64,000 bases of DNA. Source: Burkholderiales bacterium. GTDB taxonomy: Bacteria > Pseudomonadota > Gammaproteobacteria > Burkholderiales > Burkholderiaceae_C. A model generated the notes under the pieces. That model ran no database searches. It was not told the DNA's origin and was given only the letters and a program-made list of their open reading frames with translations. The DNA lies in contig JBBQKZ010000003.1 in assembly GCA_038327405.1 (NCBI GenBank), positions 102 to 64,101 on the forward strand, given 5' to 3'. Positions within the stretch are counted from its first letter, which is position 1, and each line of letters starts with the position of its first letter. Both the position numbers and the translations under genes were made by a program. Below, one piece after another: positions 21,692-30,335 of this stretch.

Positions 21692-22093
21692 TCAGTTGTC
21701 GGGCTTGCCCGGTGGCTGTGCAAACGTCAGGATCAATTCCCGCACGATCTTGCGTTGCGCGGGCGACAGGCGCAGGAAGGCGTCGAAGGTTTCCCGGTCC
21801 TGGTAGCCGACGCCGTCGGTCCAGCGCTGGTGGTGCTCCTGCACGCGGTGACGCACCGCCACGCCAAAACGCAGCACCTCGGGCTCCACCCGAAGAATCT
21901 CGGCCAGCACCAGCAGTTTGTCCTGCGCGGGGATCGCTTCACCGCGCAGCCAGCGCGACACCGCCTGGAACGACACCGAGCGCCCCCAGTACTTGGCGTT
22001 GAAGAGGTTGAGCAGGACGCCGGGTCTGGGCTCCAGCCCTGCGGCCTGCATGGCCGCGCGCAACCGCTGGGCAAATTCAAGCTTGTGTTCCAT
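21692..22093 (-). CDS. XRE-family helix-turn-helix transcriptional regulator
   Basis: MEHKLEFAQRLRAAMQAAG...VSFQAVSRWLRGEAIPAQDKLLVLAEIL; ATG 22093. Confidence 0.85.
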   Translation of the reverse strand: MEHKLEFAQRLRAAMQAAGLEPRPGVLLNLFNAKYWGRSVSFQAVSRWLRGEAIPAQDKLLVLAEILRVEPEVLRFGVAVRHRVQEHHQRWTDGVGYQDRETFDAFLRLSPAQRKIVRELILTFAQPPGKPDN

Positions 22094-22248
22094 GCACCGA
22101 ACGCTAGTTTTGGGTTCGATGCTGAACCAACTTTGTGTTGTACTATCCGTTGACTTTTCGGTTGAATTTTCACGGTTCATAGGTACCAAAGTTCTTGTCA
22201 AGTGCCTCAGTGTCCACGCACTGGCCGTGATCAGCATCAGGGATTGAC

Positions 22249-23010
22249 ATGAGAAGCCGCCGCCAGGAAGCGCGCCATGCCGGTTTGGAGGAACACGTCA
22301 CGCCGACCACCGCGGGCTTGCTGGCGTGGTGGTTCGACCCGGGGCGGGCCAGCGCCCATGGCGGGCTGGCGTTCAACGAAGCGCAGCAGCGCGCCATCGT
22401 CAACACCATCACGCGCCACGAAACCGAATGCAGGCAACACCGCGTGGCGCCTCCCCGACACCGCGTCGAGCTGGTCGACGAGGCAGACCGGATCCCGGTT
22501 CTGCTGGCCTTGATGCTGTGGCAGCTGCTCAACCACGCCGCCGGCGAGCACAACCCGCGATTCACCCGCCACTTCGTGTTGATCACGCCCGATCACGAAA
22601 GCCGTGCCCGCCTGCTGGACGCACTGCATGGCCAGCCACTGGCGGGCACCGACAACGCACGGGACTTCGGCACCGCCGCGCTGGTGCGCCTCGCCGATCT
22701 GCTCGTTCCCGAGGAACACCGCGACCCGGTCTATGCCGTGATGTGCAGCAGCGCCTGCAACGGCGCGGCCATCGAGCCCACGTCGCAGGGCGATGACTGG
22801 ATCGTGATCACCAACCTGCACCTGCCTTCCCGGACGGCCCTGGCGCACCTGCCACAACTGATGGTGTTCGTGCACGAGGTGCACGGCGCCGAGGCCGGGC
22901 AACAGGACACCGCGGCACAACGGCGCAAGCGTCTGCGCCGCATCGTCTCCCTGCATGGCAAGCCTTGCATGGAGGTGGTGTTTTCCGGGCCGGTGGACAG
23001 CGCCTGCTGA
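22249..23010 (+). CDS. Degenerate, truncated homologue of a type III restriction (Res) DEAD/H helicase N-terminus
   Basis: VTPTTxxLLxWWFDP, QxRAIVNTIxxHE, LxWQLLN, RFTRHF, RDF, DLLVPE and ITN blocks recognised from memory of this family; Walker A absent, DEAH position reads HEVH. Confidence 0.55.
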   Translation: MRSRRQEARHAGLEEHVTPTTAGLLAWWFDPGRASAHGGLAFNEAQQRAIVNTITRHETECRQHRVAPPRHRVELVDEADRIPVLLALMLWQLLNHAAGEHNPRFTRHFVLITPDHESRARLLDALHGQPLAGTDNARDFGTAALVRLADLLVPEEHRDPVYAVMCSSACNGAAIEPTSQGDDWIVITNLHLPSRTALAHLPQLMVFVHEVHGAEAGQQDTAAQRRKRLRRIVSLHGKPCMEVVFSGPVDSAC

Positions 23011-23031
23011 CGGCCTTCGGCAGCGCGGCGC

Positions 23032-24075
23032 TCAGGCCCCCGCGGCCTGCGCCACCACGGGTATCACGCGCCGCGCCGGTGGCTGCGCCCGCGCCCGCAA
23101 CTGCCCACACCCGCCCTCCACGTCCTGCCCGGCCGACTGCCGCAGCTTGGTGAGGATGCCGCGGCGGTGCAGGCGACGCGCGATGTCGGCCGCCTCTTCC
23201 CAGCTTGGGCGCTGGTAGGGCAAACCGTCGACCGCGTTGTACGGAATCATGTTGAGCACGGCGTACTTGCCGTGCAGCAAGCGCACGATGCCCTCGACCT
23301 CGTCGTCACCGTCGTTGATGCCGGCCAGCAGCGTCCACTGGTACTGAATGGGGTAACCCGTGGCGCGCGCGTAACGCTCGCCGGCCTCCACCAGCTCGTC
23401 GGGCGTCATGCGAGGCGCGCGGGGCAGCAGCTGTTCGCGCAAGTCGGCCTTGGTGGTGTGCAGCGAGAGCGCGAGCGCGGGCTTTACGCGGGCCAGCGGC
23501 AAGGCTTCAAACACGCGCGGATCACCCACGGTGGAGAACACCAGCTGTTTGTGGCCGATGTTGCCCACGGTGCCCAGCAGGTCGATGGCCTCCATCACGT
23601 TGTCCAGGTTGTGCGCGGGCTCGCCCATGCCCATGAACACCACTTTCTTCACCGGCCGAAGCGTGCGGGCCAGCGCCACCTGCGCCACGATCTCGGCGCT
23701 GCCGACCTGGCGGATGAGGCCACTCTGGCCGGTCATGCAGAACACGCAGCCCACCGCACAACCCACCTGCGTGGACACGCACAGGCCGTCGCGCGGCAGC
23801 AGCACGCTCTCCACTGTCTGGCCGTCGGCCAGCGCCACCAGCAGGCGGGCTGAGCCGTCTTCGCCCGGGTGCTCGGATTGCAGGCGCGCCAGAGCGGCAA
23901 GCTCATCGGCCAGCGCAGGCAGTGCTGCCACCAGCGTGGCGGGCAAAAAGTGCGACAGCTCGCGCCGGCCGCTGTGCTGCGGCAAGGCCTGCGACCACAG
24001 GCGCAGCACACGCTGTGTGTGGCGCGGGTTGGCGCCCAGGGCGCTCAATCGTTGGCGGAGGTGTTCGATGCGCAT
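23032..24075 (-). CDS. RlmN/Cfr-like radical SAM RNA methyltransferase (paralogue)
   Basis: CVSTQVGCAVGCVFC, MGMGEP, LALSLH, C-terminal GGCGQL. Confidence 0.9.
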   Translation of the reverse strand: MRIEHLRQRLSALGANPRHTQRVLRLWSQALPQHSGRRELSHFLPATLVAALPALADELAALARLQSEHPGEDGSARLLVALADGQTVESVLLPRDGLCVSTQVGCAVGCVFCMTGQSGLIRQVGSAEIVAQVALARTLRPVKKVVFMGMGEPAHNLDNVMEAIDLLGTVGNIGHKQLVFSTVGDPRVFEALPLARVKPALALSLHTTKADLREQLLPRAPRMTPDELVEAGERYARATGYPIQYQWTLLAGINDGDDEVEGIVRLLHGKYAVLNMIPYNAVDGLPYQRPSWEEAADIARRLHRRGILTKLRQSAGQDVEGGCGQLRARAQPPARRVIPVVAQAAGA

Positions 24076-24094
24076 GGGGGGTGAAGCTTAGCGC

Positions 24095-25000
24095 TCAGCG
24101 CTCGAACAGTGCGGACAAGGCGGGCACGGTCTCGTCGATGAAATGCCGCAGCTTGGCCGGCACGAAGCGCTGCCCCGGATACACGAGGTGGATCGGGTCG
24201 GTGCGCGCGGACCAGCCCGGCAGCAGCGGCACCAGCTGCCCGTGGCCCACCTCGCGGCGGCACACGTAGTCGGGCAGCAGGGCCACGCCCTGGCCGTCGA
24301 GCGCGAGCTGGCGGATGAGCCGCATGTCGTTGGCGGCAAACGCACAGCGCAGCGGCACCTGGGCGCGGGTCTTGCCGCGCGTGAGCGTCCAGCTGTCACG
24401 CCCCAGCGGGCTGAAGCACAGGGTGGCGTGTTGCGTGAGGTCCTTCGGCGTGCGCAGCGCGGGTGCACGCGCGAGGTAGTCAGGGTGGGCAAATGGAGCC
24501 CAGCGCGCCTGGCCGATCTGGCGCGCCACCAGGCTGGAGTCGGCGAGCTCGCCGGCGCGAAGCGCGAGGTCCAGACCCTGCGCCACCAGGTCGAGCCGGG
24601 CATCGGAAAACACCAGCTCCACCGCCACGCCCGGGTGGCGCGCGCGGTAGCCGCTGAGGATGTAGAGCAGCTGGTCGTCGCCCATGTCGATGGGCAGCGT
24701 GATGCGCAGCAGGCCCTGGGCCTCGTGTTTGCCCGCATCGAGCTGGGCTTCGGCCTGCAGGATGTCTTCGAGTCCGCGCGCGGCCTGCGCCAGGTAGGCC
24801 TGGCCGGCTTCGGTCAGGTGCAGGCGGCGCGTCGTGCGCTGCAGCAGCGTGACACCCAGGCGTTGCTCCAGCCGTGAGACGCGCACGCTCAGGGTGGAGG
24901 TGGGCATGCCCATGAGCCGGGCGGCGGCGCTGAAACCACCGGCCTGTGCCACGCGCACGAACACCAGCGTGTCGTTGAGGTCGGGGTTCTGGTTGTTCAA
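24095..25000 (-). CDS. LysR-family regulator (divergent from the pirins)
   Basis: FSAAARLMGMPTSTLS..LEQRLGVTLLQRTTRRLHLTEAG. Confidence 0.93.
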   Translation of the reverse strand: MNNQNPDLNDTLVFVRVAQAGGFSAAARLMGMPTSTLSVRVSRLEQRLGVTLLQRTTRRLHLTEAGQAYLAQAARGLEDILQAEAQLDAGKHEAQGLLRITLPIDMGDDQLLYILSGYRARHPGVAVELVFSDARLDLVAQGLDLALRAGELADSSLVARQIGQARWAPFAHPDYLARAPALRTPKDLTQHATLCFSPLGRDSWTLTRGKTRAQVPLRCAFAANDMRLIRQLALDGQGVALLPDYVCRREVGHGQLVPLLPGWSARTDPIHLVYPGQRFVPAKLRHFIDETVPALSALFER

Positions 25001-25098
25001 TGGATTGTTCGCGTCAGTGAAAGATGATTTTTGATCTTACCGACTTATCAATACAGCGCAGGCCCGGTAAAGTGCCCCTTCAACAGGAGAACACCCCC

Positions 25099-25983
25099 AT
25101 GAAAACCGTTTCTTTCATCCAGCGCAGCGCCGGCGGCCATTGGGTCGGCGACGGCTTTCCGGTGCGCAGCATGTTTTCGTACAACGACCGGCCCGAGCGC
25201 TTTTCGCCCTTCCTCATGCTCGACTACGGCGGCCCCACGCGGTTCGAGCCCACCACGAAAAAACTGGGCGTGGGCCAGCACCCGCACCGCGGCTTCGAGA
25301 CCGTGACCATCGTCTACGAGGGCGAGGTCTCGCACCGCGACTCCAGCGGCGGCGGCGGCACCATCGGCCCCGGTGAAGTGCAGTGGATGACCGCGGCCAG
25401 CGGCATCGTGCACGAGGAATACCACGGCGAGCGCTTCGCCAAGAGCGGCGGCGCGTTCGAGATGGTGCAGCTGTGGGTGAACCTGCCGGCGCGCGACAAG
25501 ATGGCCGCGCCGGGTTATCAGGGCATCACGCGCGAGCAGATTCCCGAGGTGGCTTTGCTGGATGTGAACGGGGTGGGCGCCGGCACCGCGCGCATCATCG
25601 CGGGCGAACTGCTCGGCTCAGTAGGCCCGGCGCACACCTTCACGCCCATGCAGGTGTGGGACCTGCGCCTGAAGGCCGGCCACACCGTGACCTTGCCGGC
25701 CGCAGCGGGCCACACCACCGCACCACTGGTGCTGCGCGGGCGGCTGCGCCTGTCCGACGGAAAGGAAGTGGTGGCGGCGAACCTGCCCGTGTTCTCGCGC
25801 GAGGGCGAGGGCGTGACGCTGGAGGTGCTGGAAGACAGCACCGTGCTCTGGCTGAGCGGTGAGCCGATCGACGAACCTGTGGTCGGCTACGGCCCATTCG
25901 TGATGAACACCGAGGCCGAGATCCACCAAGCCTTCACCGATTTCCAGAGCGGCAAGATGGGTCGCATCACAGCCACGGCCTGA
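25099..25983 (+). CDS. Pirin family protein
   Basis: HPHRGFETVT, HRDS, QWMTAASGIVHEE, GPFVMNT; ATG 25099. Confidence 0.93.
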   Translation: MKTVSFIQRSAGGHWVGDGFPVRSMFSYNDRPERFSPFLMLDYGGPTRFEPTTKKLGVGQHPHRGFETVTIVYEGEVSHRDSSGGGGTIGPGEVQWMTAASGIVHEEYHGERFAKSGGAFEMVQLWVNLPARDKMAAPGYQGITREQIPEVALLDVNGVGAGTARIIAGELLGSVGPAHTFTPMQVWDLRLKAGHTVTLPAAAGHTTAPLVLRGRLRLSDGKEVVAANLPVFSREGEGVTLEVLEDSTVLWLSGEPIDEPVVGYGPFVMNTEAEIHQAFTDFQSGKMGRITATA

Positions 25984-25999
25984 GCCCAAGGAGAACACG

Positions 26000-26869
26000 A
26001 TGCTGGAGACGGTCATCACCGCGCGCTCTGCCGACCTGGGCCACGGTCTGAAGGTGCGGCGCGTGCTGCCCTACGCCAAACGCCGCATGGTCGGCCCGTG
26101 GATCTTTGTCGACCACGCCGGCCCGGTGACGATTGCGGCTGAGGACACGCGCGCGGCTGACGTGCGCCCGCACCCGCACATCGGCCTGTCGACCGTGAGC
26201 TATCTGCTCAGCGGGCAGGTGCATCACCGCGACAGCCTGGGCGTGGACCAGCTGATCAACCCCGGCGACGTGAACTGGATGACCGCCGGGCGCGGCATCT
26301 CGCATTCCGAGCGCTTCAAGCACCCGGACTCGTTTGCCGGCGGCGGGCTGGAACTCATGCAGCTCTGGGTGGCCCTGCCAGAGAAGGACGAAGAGACCGA
26401 CCCCGCCTTCACCCACTACCCGTCGGCCGACCTGCCGGTGCGTGACGAGAGCGGCGTGTGGATGCGCTTGATCGCGGGCGAGGCCTACGGCATGACGAGC
26501 CCGGTGAAGACGCACTCGCCGCTGTTCTACCTGCACACCGAGTGGCAGGCCGGCGCGAGCCTGGCCCTGCCCGGCGGCTACAGCGAGCAAGCGGTGTACG
26601 TGGCTAGCGGCGAGATCGAACATGCGGGCGAGACCTATGTGCCGGGCCAGCTGCTGGTGTTCGGCAACGACACCGACGCCCTGATCACAGCGCGCACCAA
26701 AAGCACGCTGATGGTCTTTGGCGGTGAGCCGCTGGGCGAGCGCCATGTGTTCTGGAACTTCGTGTCCTCGCGCAAGGAACGCATCGAGAAGGCCAAGGCC
26801 GACTGGACGGCGGGGCGTTTTGCGCTGCCGCCCGACGACAACCAGGAGTGGATCCCGCTGCCCGGGTAG
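26000..26869 (+). CDS. Pirin family protein (second copy)
   Basis: VRPHPHIGLSTV, HRDS, NWMTAGRGISHSE, WNFVSS. Confidence 0.93.
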   Translation: MLETVITARSADLGHGLKVRRVLPYAKRRMVGPWIFVDHAGPVTIAAEDTRAADVRPHPHIGLSTVSYLLSGQVHHRDSLGVDQLINPGDVNWMTAGRGISHSERFKHPDSFAGGGLELMQLWVALPEKDEETDPAFTHYPSADLPVRDESGVWMRLIAGEAYGMTSPVKTHSPLFYLHTEWQAGASLALPGGYSEQAVYVASGEIEHAGETYVPGQLLVFGNDTDALITARTKSTLMVFGGEPLGERHVFWNFVSSRKERIEKAKADWTAGRFALPPDDNQEWIPLPG

Positions 26870-26937
26870 ACGGGCTGCTCGTCGACGGCGTTTGGTATAT
26901 TCTTACCATTCTTTGATCGATCAACGAGGAGCCAGAC

Positions 26938-27150
26938 ATGTCCGCCACCGCCACGCTGTCCAGCAAATTCCAGATCTCCATTCCCAAGGCAGTTCGCGAC
27001 GAATTGCATTGGGAAGCGGGCCAGGAGTTCGTGTTCATTCCGAAGGACAAGGGCGTGCTGGTGATGCCGGTACCCGAACTCAAGCAACTCGCCGGCATCG
27101 CGAAAGGCGCGAACACGGCGGGGTACCGGGACCGCAAGGACCGCTACTGA
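26938..27150 (+). CDS. AbrB/MazE/SpoVT-family antitoxin (VapB-like)
   Basis: ATLSSKFQISIPKAVRDEL motif; stop overlaps the PIN gene start (TGATG). Confidence 0.88.
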   Translation: MSATATLSSKFQISIPKAVRDELHWEAGQEFVFIPKDKGVLVMPVPELKQLAGIAKGANTAGYRDRKDRY

Positions 27151-27545
27151 TGGCGGCGCCCTTGCGCGTGGTCGACACCTCGGCCTGGATCGAATGGCTG
27201 ATCGCCTCGCCGGTCGGCAAGAAGCTCGCCAAGGAGATTCCTGAAAAAGACCTGTGCGTCGTGCCGACCATCGTGCAACTGGAACTGTCCAAGTGGTTGA
27301 GGCGCGAGCTCGGCGAGTCGCAGGCCGATCAGGTGATCGCCTACACGATGAAGTGCCAGGTCACACCGCTGGACACGGCCACCGCGCTGCTGGCGGCCGA
27401 TTTGCACCGCCAACACAAGCTGGCCACGGCCGATGCCATCGTCTACGCCACGGCGGTGCAACAGGGTGCTGAACTGCTCACCTGCAACGTCCACTTCGAA
27501 GGACTGCCCGGGGTGGTTCTGGTTGCCAAGTCGCCGTCGCGTTGA
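27150..27545 (+). CDS. vapC: PIN-domain VapC-family toxin
   Basis: VVDTSAWIE, PTIVQLEL, LATADAIVYATA; ATG 27150. Confidence 0.88.
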   Translation: MAAPLRVVDTSAWIEWLIASPVGKKLAKEIPEKDLCVVPTIVQLELSKWLRRELGESQADQVIAYTMKCQVTPLDTATALLAADLHRQHKLATADAIVYATAVQQGAELLTCNVHFEGLPGVVLVAKSPSR

Positions 27546-27563
27546 ACGCGTGGCGGCATCAGG

Positions 27564-28031
27564 CTACAGCCCGAGCGCGGTCAAGCCAGGGTGGTCTGCC
27601 GGTCTCTGCCCCAACGGCCAGTGGAACAAGCGCTCGCTTGATGCGATCGGCCGGTCGTTGATGCTGGCGTGGCGTTGTTCCATATAGCCCTCGGGCGTGA
27701 ATTGCCAATTCTCGTTGCCATACGAACGAAACCACTGGCCCGAGTCGTCGTGCCATTCGTAGACGAAGCGCACCGCGATGCGGTTGTCGGTGAACGCCCA
27801 GAGTTCCTTGATGAGCCGGTACTCCAGTTCCTTCACCCACTTGCGCACCAGGAAGGCGTGCACCTGCTCGCGGCCCACCGGAAACTCCGCGCGGTTGCGC
27901 CAGCGCGTGTCTTCGGTGTAGACCTTGACCACCCGGTCCGGGTCGCGCGAATTCCACGCGTCTTCGGCCATGCGCACCTTTTGCGCGGCGGTCTCGGCGG
28001 TGAAAGGCGGCAGCGGCGGGCGCGGTTCCAT
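27564..28031 (-). CDS. DUF1348 / NTF2-SnoaL-like protein
   Basis: [28 protein letters not shown], [26 protein letters not shown]; start overlaps the cynS stop. Confidence 0.88.
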   Translation of the reverse strand: MEPRPPLPPFTAETAAQKVRMAEDAWNSRDPDRVVKVYTEDTRWRNRAEFPVGREQVHAFLVRKWVKELEYRLIKELWAFTDNRIAVRFVYEWHDDSGQWFRSYGNENWQFTPEGYMEQRHASINDRPIASSERLFHWPLGQRPADHPGLTALGL

Positions 28032-28474
28032 CAGTACTGTTTGTAGGGGAGAAATTTGCCCGACATGACGATGTTCACGCGGTCACCGTTCGGATCTGCC
28101 TGGCGCTTCATGTCCATCTTGAAATCGATCGCGCTCATGATGCCGTCGCCGAACTCTTCATGGATCAGTTCCTTGAAGGTGGTGCCGTACACGCTCACGA
28201 GTTCGTAGAAGCGGTAGATCAGCGGATCGGTCGGCACCGAGGTGGGGAGTGAGCCTTTGTAAGGCACGACCATGAGCCACTTCTGTTCATCGCTGGAGAG
28301 GCCGAAGATCTTGCCGAGCACCTTGGCCTGGGCCGGTGTGGCGGTCATCTGGCCCAGGCACAGCGCGGTGGTCCATTCCTTGGACTGGCCCACCTTCTTG
28401 GCCACGTCGGCCCAGCTCAGGCCCTTGATGACTTTGGTGGTGATGATCTTTTCGGTGACGTCGAGTCGGCTCAT
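28031..28474 (-). CDS. cynS: Cyanate hydratase (cyanase)
   Basis: 147 aa; [32 protein letters not shown] signatures. Confidence 0.96.
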   Translation of the reverse strand: MSRLDVTEKIITTKVIKGLSWADVAKKVGQSKEWTTALCLGQMTATPAQAKVLGKIFGLSSDEQKWLMVVPYKGSLPTSVPTDPLIYRFYELVSVYGTTFKELIHEEFGDGIMSAIDFKMDMKRQADPNGDRVNIVMSGKFLPYKQY

Positions 28475-28529
28475 GGTGTTGCCTCTTTGTTGATGAAACG
28501 GTTGAGTGAAGGGAAGTTGTCCAGGGACA

Positions 28530-28608
28530 CCGCGGGTCCGGCTCCGCCGGCCCCAGGTGTCGCCCCCCTCTTCAGAGGGGGGTGGCGCCGCAGGCGACGC
28601 GGGGGGTT
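28530..28608. repeat. REP-like family C element
   Basis: CGCCCCCCTCTTCAGAGGGGGGTGGCG hairpin plus CGCCGCAGGCGACGCGGGGGG; similar in reverse to 34479-34535. Confidence 0.55.
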
Positions 28609-29480
28609 CAATGGGCTCGCGCACGCGAGACCAAAAAATCCACGATGTGGTTTCGGAGGTCGTAGTAGCCGTCGAGGTGGTGCAGTTGGGCGCGGGTGCG
28701 GCTGCGCGGCAGCGGGTTCACCACCACCTCGGCCATGCCGCCGGGCTTGTAGCCGTTGGGGGTCTCGGTGCCGTTGCTCATGAGCAGGATTCGGTCGGCC
28801 AGCAGGATGGCTTCGTCCACGTCGTGCGTGATCATGAAAACGGTCTGGTGCGTCTCGCGCACGATGCCCATGAGCTCGTCCTGGATGGTTCCGCGCGTGA
28901 GCGCATCGAGCGCGCCGAAGGGCTCGTCAAGCAGCAGCATCTTGGGCTGGATGGCAAAGGCCCGTGCAATACCCACGCGCTGCTTCATGCCGCCCGAGAG
29001 CTGGCTCGGCTTCTTGTCGATGGCAGGCGACAGGCCCACCAGCGCCACGAATTTTTCGGCGTGTTCGTTGATCTGCGAGCGGCTCCAGTCGGGCCAGCGC
29101 GACTTCACGGCGAACGCGATGTTTTGCCGCACGGTGAGCCAGGGCATGAGCGCATGGCTCTGGAACACCACGCCACGCTCCAGGCTGGGACCGGCGATCT
29201 CGCGGCCGTCCATGAAGCAGTGGCCAGAGGTGGCGGTGTCCAGGCCCGCAAGCACGTTGAGGATGGTGGTCTTGCCGCAGCCGCTGTGGCCGATGATGCA
29301 GACGAACTCGCCCTTGTCGATGGCGAACGACACGTCGGCAAACACCGGCTTGTCGGCCTGGTAGGCCTTGGCGAGGTTTTCAACCTGGAGGAAACCGGTC
29401 ATCTTGGGCGCTTTCGTTGGGGCCGGTGCGGCAGGCATGGGGGCCACGGCGCTTTCGCGCACGCTGGTGTCACTCCACAT
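28608..29480 (-). CDS. Nitrate/cyanate ABC transporter ATP-binding subunit (CynD/NrtD-like)
   Basis: GHSGCGKTT, LSGGMKQRV, LLLDEPFGALD, ITHDVDEA; alternative start at 29403. Confidence 0.92.
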   Translation of the reverse strand: MWSDTSVRESAVAPMPAAPAPTKAPKMTGFLQVENLAKAYQADKPVFADVSFAIDKGEFVCIIGHSGCGKTTILNVLAGLDTATSGHCFMDGREIAGPSLERGVVFQSHALMPWLTVRQNIAFAVKSRWPDWSRSQINEHAEKFVALVGLSPAIDKKPSQLSGGMKQRVGIARAFAIQPKMLLLDEPFGALDALTRGTIQDELMGIVRETHQTVFMITHDVDEAILLADRILLMSNGTETPNGYKPGGMAEVVVNPLPRSRTRAQLHHLDGYYDLRNHIVDFLVSRARAH

Positions 29481-30333
29481 AGGTCACCGCCTTCTGCAGC
29501 TGGGCGAACATGAGGTCGAGCAACATGCCGACCACCCCGATGAGCAGCACGGCAAAGATCACGTTGGTGAGCGAGAGGTTGTTCCACTCGTTCCACACGA
29601 AGTAACCCACGCCGGTGCCGCCCACCAGCATCTCGGCGGCCACGATCACCAACCACGCGATGCCCATGCTGATGCGCATGCCGGTGAGGATGGTGGGCGC
29701 GGCGGCCGGCAGGATGACCTGGAAGGCCTTGCGGATCGGGTTCACTTCGAGGGTGCTCGCCACGTTGAGCCACTCGCGCTTGACGGCGGACACACCGAAC
29801 GCTGTGTTGATCAACATCGGCCACACCGAGCAGATGAAGATCACGAAGATGCCGCTCACGTCGGAGTCTTTCAGCGTGTAGAGCGCCAGCGGCATCCAGG
29901 CCAGCGGGCTGATGGGTTTGAGCACCTGCACGAAGGGGTCGAACGCCTTGCGCATCAGCGGCGACATGCCGATGAGGAAACCCAGCGGAATGGCCACCGC
30001 CATGGCGAGCAAAAAGCCCAGGCCCACGCGGCCCAGCGAATGCGCGAGCTGGATGCCGATGCCTTTGTCGTTCGGCCCTTTGTCATAGAACGGATCGGAC
30101 AGGTGCTCCCAGCTGGCCTTGGCCACTTCGATGGGCGGCGGGAAGCCGGTGCTCTTCTCGGCACCGGGGTCCTTGCCCATCATCTTGGCGTACTCGATCT
30201 GCTCGGCCGACATACCGCTGGACGATCCACCGATCGACGGGCCCGTTGTTGAAAGCTGCCAGACCCCAATGAAAACGCAGAAGATGATCAGCGAGACCAG
30301 GGCCGCGCGCAGGTTGAGGCTGGTGGCTTTCAT
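29470..30333 (-). CDS. Nitrate/cyanate ABC transporter permease (CynB/NrtB-like)
   Basis: PFYDKGPNDKGIG, LKPISPLAWMP, WLVIVAAEML, WNEWNN. Confidence 0.92.
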   Translation of the reverse strand: MKATSLNLRAALVSLIIFCVFIGVWQLSTTGPSIGGSSSGMSAEQIEYAKMMGKDPGAEKSTGFPPPIEVAKASWEHLSDPFYDKGPNDKGIGIQLAHSLGRVGLGFLLAMAVAIPLGFLIGMSPLMRKAFDPFVQVLKPISPLAWMPLALYTLKDSDVSGIFVIFICSVWPMLINTAFGVSAVKREWLNVASTLEVNPIRKAFQVILPAAAPTILTGMRISMGIAWLVIVAAEMLVGGTGVGYFVWNEWNNLSLTNVIFAVLLIGVVGMLLDLMFAQLQKAVTYVE

Positions 30334-30335
30334 GG

